This document shows, piece after piece, positions 57,207 through 64,000 of a stretch of 64,000 nt of DNA (its first letter is position 1; the number at the start of each line of letters is the position of its first letter). The translations under genes and the position numbers were made by a program. The stretch is from Escherichia phage vB_EcoM_VR20. The stretch lies in sequence record NC_028894.1. One strand, given 5' to 3'. Below the pieces are notes generated by a model, which did not search any database, was not told the origin of the DNA, and saw only the letters and a list, made by a program, of their open reading frames with translations.

Positions 57207-57366
57207 AGTTGTCTCTTAGTTGTGGGGCCATTCCTTGGCACATAATTCGTCCATGTATCCGTATGTAAACCCTTTACCGCACTTGGGCTCGACCTTATTA
57301 CAGGTAGGGAAAGGCCCATCACTCAGAGGACGCGACGTTCATGAGGAGAGGGTCGGCTTGCCTTTA
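57207..57366. other. unusually G+C-rich 160-bp intergenic region, possible structured RNA or regulatory element
   Basis: No convincing ORF; central stretch roughly 55-60% G+C by hand count in an AT-rich genome; plus-strand ORF 57220..57417 judged spurious. Confidence 0.3.
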
Positions 57367-57666
57367 TTAGAAAGAACCAGAGCCTTTAATTGTGTTCTGG
57401 CGACCTTTATTTTCTAATTCAGAATGGTCAATTTCATATGCTTGTGCTACGCCAAAGGCCTTTTTAACTTTAGCTAAAGAACCTTTAGATGTAACAATAT
57501 TAAAAGTATTACCTTTAGTAAAATCAACCAAATCCACTTGTACACCTTGTTTACCGAGGCTTGCGACAATAGCATCAACATATTGTTGGTCTAAATTGCC
57601 CTGGACTCCGATTTGAAATGCTTTAGGAGCTTTAGCTTCTGTGATAAATTCTTGATAAGTTTTCAT
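57367..57666 (-). CDS. internal-protein-like gene 1 with capsid-targeting sequence
   Basis: 99 aa beginning MKTYQEFITEAK, matching the conserved N-terminal targeting and prohead-protease cleavage sequence of T4 internal proteins. Confidence 0.6.
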   Translation of the reverse strand: MKTYQEFITEAKAPKAFQIGVQGNLDQQYVDAIVASLGKQGVQVDLVDFTKGNTFNIVTSKGSLAKVKKAFGVAQAYEIDHSELENKGRQNTIKGSGSF

Positions 57667-57722
57667 TTATTCTCTCCAAGTTGATGGGATAATTATGCAC
57701 TATCCCATCAAAAAGTAAACAG

Positions 57723-57986
57723 TTATGCTTTACCGCCAGAAACAATACCAAAGGTCTCAAAGTCCCATTCAATATCGTCAACATCAACTTTCTTACCAGC
57801 AACCACGAATGCGATTTCGCGACGTTTTGCATAGGTGACAATTTCTTTACCATCACCGCCAAAGAAAGAATAACCATTGCGCTTCATGGTGCCAAAGTCT
57901 TCAGCATCACCAGCAAACGCGCGGACTTTAAAGGAACCAGCAGGAGCTTTAGCAGATTCAGTAATAAATTCTTGATAAGTTTTCAT
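57723..57986 (-). CDS. internal-protein-like gene 2 with capsid-targeting sequence
   Basis: 87 aa beginning MKTYQEFITESAK. Confidence 0.6.
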   Translation of the reverse strand: MKTYQEFITESAKAPAGSFKVRAFAGDAEDFGTMKRNGYSFFGGDGKEIVTYAKRREIAFVVAGKKVDVDDIEWDFETFGIVSGGKA

Positions 57987-57999
57987 AATGTCTCTTTAA

Positions 58000-58314
58000 T
58001 TAAGCTTTAGGGAAATCGCGCAAAAACGCATCATAAAGTTTATTACCAATACGACGGAATGCTTTTGCTGCATGAACGTTATCCGGGTTTGCAATTTTAA
58101 TCTGCATTACATGACTACCCGCCCATGATTTAGCTTCGTCATAATAACCTTTAATTTCTTTAATAGTCTTGCGTTTGCCGCCAGGACCATCAACAGTAAT
58201 TTTCCACGAACCCGTGCTTGTTTCACTTGGTGGGGTTAATTGTTCAATCCAGACATAACCGCCTTCAACACGTTTTTGGGTGGATTCAGTAATAAATTCT
58301 TGATAAGTTTTCAT
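58000..58314 (-). CDS. internal-protein-like gene 3 with capsid-targeting sequence (start trimmed to MKTYQEFITE)
   Basis: Track ORF 58000..58353 contains MKTYQEFITEST at residue 14; trimmed to that Met. Confidence 0.55.
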   Translation of the reverse strand: MKTYQEFITESTQKRVEGGYVWIEQLTPPSETSTGSWKITVDGPGGKRKTIKEIKGYYDEAKSWAGSHVMQIKIANPDNVHAAKAFRRIGNKLYDAFLRDFPKA

Positions 58315-58362
58315 TTTATATTCCATTGTTTGGTTGATAAAATCATTATACAACCTTTTTAG

Positions 58363-58779
58363 TTAAGCGTACACAGCTTTCCCATAGTATTTGTACCAGG
58401 TAGGCTTTTGAGAAATTTTCTCATTCAATCTGGCTTGACTGATTTCAATTGACCAGATTGATGGTTGATAATCATTCTTCCATTCATCAGGAATATCATT
58501 TAAATCTTGGGTAGAAATATCTTTTATGTTAAACCCTCGCTTTAAACATTCCGCAATAAGTTCTTGATGACGGTTTTTAAGGAACAAAAGTTTATCATAA
58601 AAGAAGGTGACATGACCAGTCCCTAAAAGAAAAGATGATGGGATTTTAAAGTCAGAAACCTTTTTACCATTTTGTACATGTTTGCGAACCGCACCAAACA
58701 CGCGAGGAAGCTCACGATATTCAGCCATAAGATGTTGGTCAGCAAGTTCAGATACCAGGGTTAAATTAATGCGAGTCAT
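58363..58779 (-). CDS. denV: endonuclease V (pyrimidine dimer DNA glycosylase)
   Basis: 138 aa; [35 protein letters not shown] and [10 protein letters not shown] match T4 DenV as I recall. Confidence 0.9.
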   Translation of the reverse strand: MTRINLTLVSELADQHLMAEYRELPRVFGAVRKHVQNGKKVSDFKIPSSFLLGTGHVTFFYDKLLFLKNRHQELIAECLKRGFNIKDISTQDLNDIPDEWKNDYQPSIWSIEISQARLNEKISQKPTWYKYYGKAVYA

Positions 58780-58805
58780 GTTTGTTCCTCCAAGTAGTTG
58801 ATGGG

Positions 58806-58838
58806 ATAATAATACATCAATACGAGGAGGTTGTAAAC
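58806..58838 (-). promoter_or_regulatory. sigma70-type early promoter, -35 GTTTACA, 17-bp spacer, -10 TATTAT, TATCCCATCAACTACTTGGAGGA leader
   Basis: Minus-strand motif upstream of denV, overlapping the 3' end of the internal-protein-like gene 4. Confidence 0.5.
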
Positions 58839-59120
58839 TTATTTTGTGGAAGCAGCCGAGATATATTTTTCAAGACGCTGTTTCATCAGCGAGCCGTTCT
58901 TAGCGATTTCTTCCGGTTTATCGCACATACGCAATAGAGCTTCAAGCTTAGTGATATCAGATGTCCGCTCAAATTTGCGAGTATCTACCTTACTAGCAAG
59001 TTCGGAAATACGCGCTAACAGACTTTCGGCTTCTACCAAAGCTGTGCCCAGCTTAGTTGCAAATGTGTCAGTAGCTTCATTAAGAGTGGTCACGGTCAAA
59101 AATTCATTATAGGTTTTCAT
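58839..59120 (-). CDS. internal-protein-like gene 4 with divergent capsid-targeting sequence
   Basis: 93 aa beginning [15 protein letters not shown]; between e and denV where T4 carries ipIII and ipII. Confidence 0.55.
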   Translation of the reverse strand: MKTYNEFLTVTTLNEATDTFATKLGTALVEAESLLARISELASKVDTRKFERTSDITKLEALLRMCDKPEEIAKNGSLMKQRLEKYISAASTK

Positions 59121-59601
59121 ATGCTTTCCAAGTTCCTGTTTTAAATGTTGAGATTACACGTTTCGCTCGATTAGGTGTTTGTTTGTACCATTTGGATTGA
59201 GCCAGGTTAACAGCAGCTTCGTCCCAACGTTTCTGTTGAAGCAACCGAAGGGAGTTAGTAAACCCAGCAACGCCGGCTTCACCCATTTGGAAGACCATAT
59301 TAATCAGGGCACAGCGACGAACTTCGTCAAGACTATCATACACTGGTTTTAATTTAGCATTACGCATAACACTCGCACGTGCTTTTTCCACTGAACGGTT
59401 AAACAAGGTTTCAGCTTCAACCTGGGTTATGCGACCATTGCAGACGCGACCCATGAGCTTGTCGAGCTCGGCACGAGCAACATCTTTAGACGGGTTCTTA
59501 GTTATCAGTTGCCCGATACCGATGGTCCAAAAGCCTTCGGTATCTTTATACAAATCCAACTTACAACCTTCATCTATGCGTAACATTTCGAATATATTCA
59601 T
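59107..59601 (-). CDS. e: lysozyme (endolysin)
   Basis: 164 aa; [12 protein letters not shown]...[16 protein letters not shown] matches T4 lysozyme with catalytic Glu/Asp/Thr context. Confidence 0.9.
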   Translation of the reverse strand: MNIFEMLRIDEGCKLDLYKDTEGFWTIGIGQLITKNPSKDVARAELDKLMGRVCNGRITQVEAETLFNRSVEKARASVMRNAKLKPVYDSLDEVRRCALINMVFQMGEAGVAGFTNSLRLLQQKRWDEAAVNLAQSKWYKQTPNRAKRVISTFKTGTWKAYENL

Positions 59602-59627
59602 AATACCCCCTTATATAGGGGTATTTA

Positions 59628-60083
59628 TTATCCGAAAATTTGGGTCAGTACCTTGTACATCGATTTGCCCATCACGTATTGCCATTGGCTCGGTTTAATC
59701 AGAGCAAAAGCATCGAACTCTGGGACTGTACTACCATCCGGGAAGGTATGATAGGCAGAGCATTTACTATGTCTGAATTGTTCATGCTCAACCGGAACCG
59801 TATACAAAAACAGGTGAAGGTTTTTGTTATCTGAATAACGGAACTCACCGAGGTCTTTTAAGAATGCTGGGTCGTATTGGGTAAATCCGGTTTCTTCTTC
59901 GGTTTCACGAATAGCGGCTTCAATCGGGGATTCACCAGCTTCAACATGACCCTTAGGGATGTCCCATTTGTGCGCAGACATACCTGGTTTACGAGAACCG
60001 GTCACACGACCCATGAATAACTCTTTATCTTCAGTCATGAAAATAATGCCAGCAGATAATTCCTTCACTTTCTTACTCATCAT
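59628..60083 (-). CDS. nudE: Nudix hydrolase (start trimmed to MMSKKVKEL)
   Basis: Nudix box GHVEAGESPIEAAIRETEEETG; about 151 aa from the trimmed start; directly after e as in T4. Confidence 0.8.
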   Translation of the reverse strand: MMSKKVKELSAGIIFMTEDKELFMGRVTGSRKPGMSAHKWDIPKGHVEAGESPIEAAIRETEEETGFTQYDPAFLKDLGEFRYSDNKNLHLFLYTVPVEHEQFRHSKCSAYHTFPDGSTVPEFDAFALIKPSQWQYVMGKSMYKVLTQIFG

Positions 60084-60309
60084 CACGTTCCCAAGATTTT
60101 TTAAAGATTTCGGCCACAATAATTTCAACGCATGTTTCTGTTGACGGGCTTTCACTATCAGATATTTGGACCATATAATCGGAAATTGGGCGGAACATAT
60201 CTAAGTCAGTTTCTAAATCATCTTTGATTTTCTCTTCTGATGTACCTGTATCATAGGAATACAGATAAGAATCACATGACTCGGATTTAATATAAATTGC
60301 AATACTCAT
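60073..60309 (-). CDS. small hypothetical acidic protein
   Basis: 78-aa ORF. Confidence 0.4.
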   Translation of the reverse strand: MSIAIYIKSESCDSYLYSYDTGTSEEKIKDDLETDLDMFRPISDYMVQISDSESPSTETCVEIIVAEIFKKSWERDDE

Positions 60310-60896
60310 TTACGGCATTCCTCAATAAAAGAGTTCAATGTATTTTTCTTATTGATATCGTCATATAGCTTTTTAACTTTAGAAATACGAAAAGGTACTT
60401 CAATAGCCATAGTCCATAAAAATGATGCAATAAGTCCAATAGCAGCAGAAGAAACACACGCGCCCATTACAGCTACAGGTGCTTCATTTTTACCTGTCAA
60501 GAAAAACAACAGGATTGGTAAAAATAAGATTCCAGCCCACGCATAAAACCTGGAACAAATTAACTTATCAAATTCATCTTTCCAGGTACGAAATCCATAT
60601 TTCTTGCTATAAGAAATTAATGGGTCAGGTGTCTGTTCTTTGAGTGGTTCTGGTTGATGTCCATTAATGATGTATCCCATTTTATATTCCTTAATTAAAA
60701 GCTCTTTCACATGACGATTGCATCGCGACCAATCAACATTTTCCACCTTGATTCCTTCATCACCATCATCAAGGTTCGCCCAATATTTTTTGGTAATCAT
60801 AAATTCGTCTCTTGATACAATTATACCTGCATTTTCTGCCCGGCGGATGAAGTTTACATCAACACCCATGCACCCAGGTTCATACAGCATTACCAT
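60306..60896 (-). CDS. membrane protein
   Basis: 196 aa with two hydrophobic segments in the C-terminal half. Confidence 0.45.
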   Translation of the reverse strand: MVMLYEPGCMGVDVNFIRRAENAGIIVSRDEFMITKKYWANLDDGDEGIKVENVDWSRCNRHVKELLIKEYKMGYIINGHQPEPLKEQTPDPLISYSKKYGFRTWKDEFDKLICSRFYAWAGILFLPILLFFLTGKNEAPVAVMGACVSSAAIGLIASFLWTMAIEVPFRISKVKKLYDDINKKNTLNSFIEECRK

Positions 60897-61576
60897 CCCT
60901 CCATAGGGAATTCCAGATATACTTGAGCATTAACGCGGATTTCATTTGTAATCTTTTTAACACGGTCGGTATTACGAGACACACGACCAAACCAGCGCCA
61001 CCCGTTACTTACTGCACGAGAACCTGTATGCCATGTCTGCCAATCAAACTGGAGCAACGTGCGGTCAGGAGCATCCCACTTGGTTAATTCATTGGACTCA
61101 ATTTTTTCCAGAACTTCTTTATGCCACTGGCGATAGATAAGTTCACCTTCAGGAATCTGACTAAATTGGGCAGTTCCGGTTGCAAAATAAGTAGGACACA
61201 CATCAGCGTTAACAAGACCAAGAATATGTTCAGAATGGTAACGAGGATTATCATAATCAGGTTGCCCTGCAGTAATAAAGTGTTGACCAACCGGAATATC
61301 CGGACGCGGTACATCATCATGGTGATAACCTGGGATAGCAGGATACCAACCAGGCATTAACATATGTACACGAGAATCGAATACGACATTTTCATTAGTC
61401 CAATCAATCGGAAGATTGGTAATAAAACTACGAGTGATTGGGCCGCCTTTATCCCAAGCAAAACTCAAATCACAGTTAAAGAACATCGGTTCATTTTTGA
61501 TTTGATCGTTTTGAACATCGTGAGCAAAACCACTTACGGCACGAGCTCGGCTATTAAACACTTTAGAACTATTCAT
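60890..61576 (-). CDS. hypothetical protein
   Basis: 228-aa ORF with GAGGA site. Confidence 0.45.
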   Translation of the reverse strand: MNSSKVFNSRARAVSGFAHDVQNDQIKNEPMFFNCDLSFAWDKGGPITRSFITNLPIDWTNENVVFDSRVHMLMPGWYPAIPGYHHDDVPRPDIPVGQHFITAGQPDYDNPRYHSEHILGLVNADVCPTYFATGTAQFSQIPEGELIYRQWHKEVLEKIESNELTKWDAPDRTLLQFDWQTWHTGSRAVSNGWRWFGRVSRNTDRVKKITNEIRVNAQVYLEFPMEGW

Positions 61577-61635
61577 AATATTTTCCTCATTGATTGTGGG
61601 ACCATTGTGTCATGGTCCCACTTGGATGTACACAC

Positions 61636-62595
61636 TTATTTTGTGAAAGGGCGAATTAAATGTTGGTTAGCCTTGAAGCGTTTAACATAGTCTTCGCGAC
61701 CCAGGGTGTTGTACATATTAACCACTTCCTGGTAATGTTCCCAGGCATACTCACGGAACCATCCAGAAGTAATGGAGGTACAGACTTTTTCCAGTGCAAT
61801 ATGGAAGCTCACGGATGGAGAAATATTGAACTCATTAGGAACCTGCGAACGCTCCAGAGCGAGCACACATGCTTCTTCATAAACCCCTGCCAGTTTAATA
61901 ACATCAGGGAGTGCTTCAAATTTTTCACGTGAGGTCATGACTTCTGAATCATCCTTCATATAGAACTTATATGCAGGCTTATCAGCAAGCGCCACGGCCT
62001 CGTGGATGGAGTCATGGTCAAGGGTATAGATTGTATCATTAAAGAAAGTTTTCTTGCCCACGTCTAGTTTAGGGTGACTGTATGACAGTGTTTCTGCCTG
62101 ACGCTGCAGCATGATTTTCTGCAGCTCATCATTAAGAACAATACCCTTATTGCGAAGGTAATTAATATGACTCATGGTCTTCAGGAAGAATGGATTGTTC
62201 TTCAGGTAACGATGAGATAATTTAATTGCCAGACAAATATCAGGAGTCGCCCAGTAAAAACCTGTAAGACGGTCCTTTTTAATATGATTTTCAGCATATT
62301 TCAGGAGACGATAACTTGAGGTGAAATCTTCGTCTTGAAGCTCGCCAGTAATTTCTCGTACGTTGGTCAGGGCACGGACAATATAAGCTTCAAAATAGGT
62401 TTCTTTGCCATTGTACATACATTTAAAAGCTTGGACATCAGGGTTATCCACAGGAATATGAGCACCGAACATACGTGCTTTAAAGTGGTTCCATGAGCCT
62501 TGGTCGGCAATGAAATCCCAATCAGAGTTTTCAATTTTCTGACTTTCAATCAGACCAGCGTTATGTAATGCACGAGAACCAATAACTAACATCAT
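61636..62595 (-). CDS. hypothetical protein
   Basis: 319-aa ORF. Confidence 0.5.
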   Translation of the reverse strand: MMLVIGSRALHNAGLIESQKIENSDWDFIADQGSWNHFKARMFGAHIPVDNPDVQAFKCMYNGKETYFEAYIVRALTNVREITGELQDEDFTSSYRLLKYAENHIKKDRLTGFYWATPDICLAIKLSHRYLKNNPFFLKTMSHINYLRNKGIVLNDELQKIMLQRQAETLSYSHPKLDVGKKTFFNDTIYTLDHDSIHEAVALADKPAYKFYMKDDSEVMTSREKFEALPDVIKLAGVYEEACVLALERSQVPNEFNISPSVSFHIALEKVCTSITSGWFREYAWEHYQEVVNMYNTLGREDYVKRFKANQHLIRPFTK

Positions 62596-62608
62596 AATAT
62601 TTTCCTCA

Positions 62609-62776
62609 TTAGTAAAGACGAGTTACTTCATATTTTCCAAGTGCCGATTTTTTCGCTTCAATTCGTGAGGCAGCAAGATTGGCGGCCTCTAGTGAAGAAA
62701 ATTGAACCACTTGAGAAGTATTCTGTCTTACTCCACCTTGCGGGTGAGTGACAAAAACAATAAGAACATTATACAT
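62609..62776 (-). CDS. small hypothetical protein, not in the ORF track
   Basis: Hand translation MYNVLIVFVTHPQGGVRQNTSQVVQFSSLEAANLAASRIEAKKSALGKYEVTRLY; follows a family promoter. Confidence 0.35.
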   Translation of the reverse strand: MYNVLIVFVTHPQGGVRQNTSQVVQFSSLEAANLAASRIEAKKSALGKYEVTRLY

Positions 62777-62879
62777 AATATTTTCCTCATTAGTTGACGA
62801 GATAATGATACTACGTTTCTTTAGGCTTGTACACTAAATTTCTGCACATAAGTCCTCCTATCACATCCTTGTGATAATT

Positions 62880-63113
62880 TTAGCAGCTACTCGGATACCA
62901 GATTTTACCATCGGCACGAGCAACGAAGGTACGACCAGCTTCTTCACCATAACAAGAGCTGTTCAACCAGTCTTCAAGACGGACTTCGCCGTCATAATCA
63001 TCAAGCTCAACACCAAAATCTTGAGCAGAAGCCATATCTTTTACTTTCTTATACAGTGCAGCCAGTTCAAGGGCGGCTTTTTCTAATTCAGCATGTTCAA
63101 CAGCAGTAGTCAT
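62880..63113 (-). CDS. small acidic protein, tandem paralog family member
   Basis: 77 aa ending WYPSSC. Confidence 0.45.
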   Translation of the reverse strand: MTTAVEHAELEKAALELAALYKKVKDMASAQDFGVELDDYDGEVRLEDWLNSSCYGEEAGRTFVARADGKIWYPSSC

Positions 63114-63122
63114 TTTATCACC

Positions 63123-63350
63123 TTAGCAAGACATAGAGGAGTTGTACCAGAAACCTTTACCTTCTGGGATACCATAATCACCGTGAATCCAGTCATATTT
63201 TTTATATTCTGGGCAACCCGCGGGAATATATCGCTGAAGACTGTCAGCATATACATGAAAGTATTCACCAGTTTTATCGGCCAGCTGTTCACCTTCACAG
63301 ATTAGTGCACGGATTTGGTCTTCAATTTCTTTAACAGTTTTAGTAGTCAT
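63123..63350 (-). CDS. small acidic protein, tandem paralog family member
   Basis: 75 aa ending WYNSSMSC. Confidence 0.45.
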   Translation of the reverse strand: MTTKTVKEIEDQIRALICEGEQLADKTGEYFHVYADSLQRYIPAGCPEYKKYDWIHGDYGIPEGKGFWYNSSMSC

Positions 63351-63358
63351 TTATTTCC

Positions 63359-63571
63359 TTAGCATTCGTAAGAGGAGGACACCCAGGAGTTACCGCTAAT
63401 AGTAATACAACCATTATAAAGCGTGATATGTTGTTCCAGATTACGCTGACCATCGATATAGATATCAGCTTCTTCACGTTCTTCTTTACAAATCTGGATA
63501 ACATTTTCAATAGCTGCCGCGGCAGTACGGATTGCACAATCTAATTCACGAGACATAACATTCCTTAACAT
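63359..63571 (-). CDS. small acidic protein, tandem paralog family member
   Basis: 70 aa ending WVSSSYEC. Confidence 0.45.
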   Translation of the reverse strand: MLRNVMSRELDCAIRTAAAAIENVIQICKEEREEADIYIDGQRNLEQHITLYNGCITISGNSWVSSSYEC

Positions 63572-63846
63572 TCAGCAGAAGAGGACACCCAACCACCATT
63601 TTCCAGGTCAGTTGTATAGTCATGAGTATTAACAATAGCCCATTCAGGATGACCATGTTCTTCCCAATGAGCAAGGTCAGCTTTCAGGGCGCCAGGAGAA
63701 TAATAGTCACCGCCCATACCGCGAGCAGGGTATATATTAAAATGAGTCTCATATTTGTCTGCAATTTCCTCGGCACGACGAATAGCTTTATGGATGTCAT
63801 TTACTGCGTTAGCCAGTTCTTTATTTTTACGGTAATCATTCATCAT
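63565..63846 (-). CDS. small acidic protein, tandem paralog family member
   Basis: 93 aa ending WVSSSAEC. Confidence 0.45.
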   Translation of the reverse strand: MMNDYRKNKELANAVNDIHKAIRRAEEIADKYETHFNIYPARGMGGDYYSPGALKADLAHWEEHGHPEWAIVNTHDYTTDLENGGWVSSSAEC

Positions 63847-63855
63847 AGCGTTTCC

Positions 63856-64000
63856 TTAGCACATTGCCGAAGAGGAGACCCAAGCACCAACTGTAACGAC
63901 ACCGTTTTCAACTTCACCGCCGTTGTTTTCAATTTCATCTTTAAACCACTGGGAGCATTCATAACCGACAGGATAATATGTACGGCCCGAACCATAATCA
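63856..64000 (-). CDS. tandem paralog family member, 5' end beyond the window edge
   Basis: Hand translation of the minus strand ends ...GAWVSSSAMC followed by a stop; start lies outside the window. Confidence 0.4.
   Translation of the reverse strand, partial: DYGSGRTYYPVGYECSQWFKDEIENNGGEVENGVVTVGAWVSSSAMC

Noticed and set aside
57207-57366. Possible tRNA gene in the G+C-rich intergenic region
   Set aside because: I could not find a 7-bp acceptor stem with matching 3' end or a GTTC-type T-loop on either strand. Kept only as an unexplained G+C-rich element.
59601-59640. Late promoter TATAAATA upstream of lysozyme e
   Set aside because: Only imperfect matches are present in the upstream region, so no late promoter is called.
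61574-62794. Identical cataatattttcctcatt sequence at the starts of three consecutive genes (61574, 62593, 62774), considered as flanking repeats
   Set aside because: The sequence is the start codon, an AT-rich spacer and a GAGGA site. Similar strings precede many genes in the window, so this is probably the common translation-initiation composition rather than a mobile-element repeat.

Overview
This window reads as the left ~64 kb of a T4-like (T-even type) myovirus genome, collinear with phage T4 from rIIA to the lysozyme e / nudE region, with almost every gene on the minus strand. All calls are by eye from the ORF track and sequence; no database search was run. Recognisable core genes: rIIA, a fused topoisomerase II large subunit (39), dexA, dda, a modA/modB ADP-ribosyltransferase pair, soc, 56, 61, 41, 40, uvsX, imm, 43, regA, 62, 44, 45, rpbA, 46, 47, 55, nrdH, nrdG, nrdD, 49, nrdC, rI, tk, regB, denV, e and nudE. 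Between them lie variable blocks of small ORFs. The most interesting candidates are: a cassette of four genes whose products all begin MKTYQEFITE-like, the T4 internal-protein capsid-targeting sequence, so are probably novel injected proteins; a tandem array of at least five small acidic paralogs with a conserved C-terminal W-x-SS-x-C tail at the right edge; and a macrodomain protein in the same genome as the ModA/ModB pair. Also noted: two homing-endonuclease-like genes, two sets of short direct repeats at gene junctions, a family of early promoters with a conserved leader, UUCG-tetraloop terminators, and no bgt/42 or agt gene at their T4 positions.
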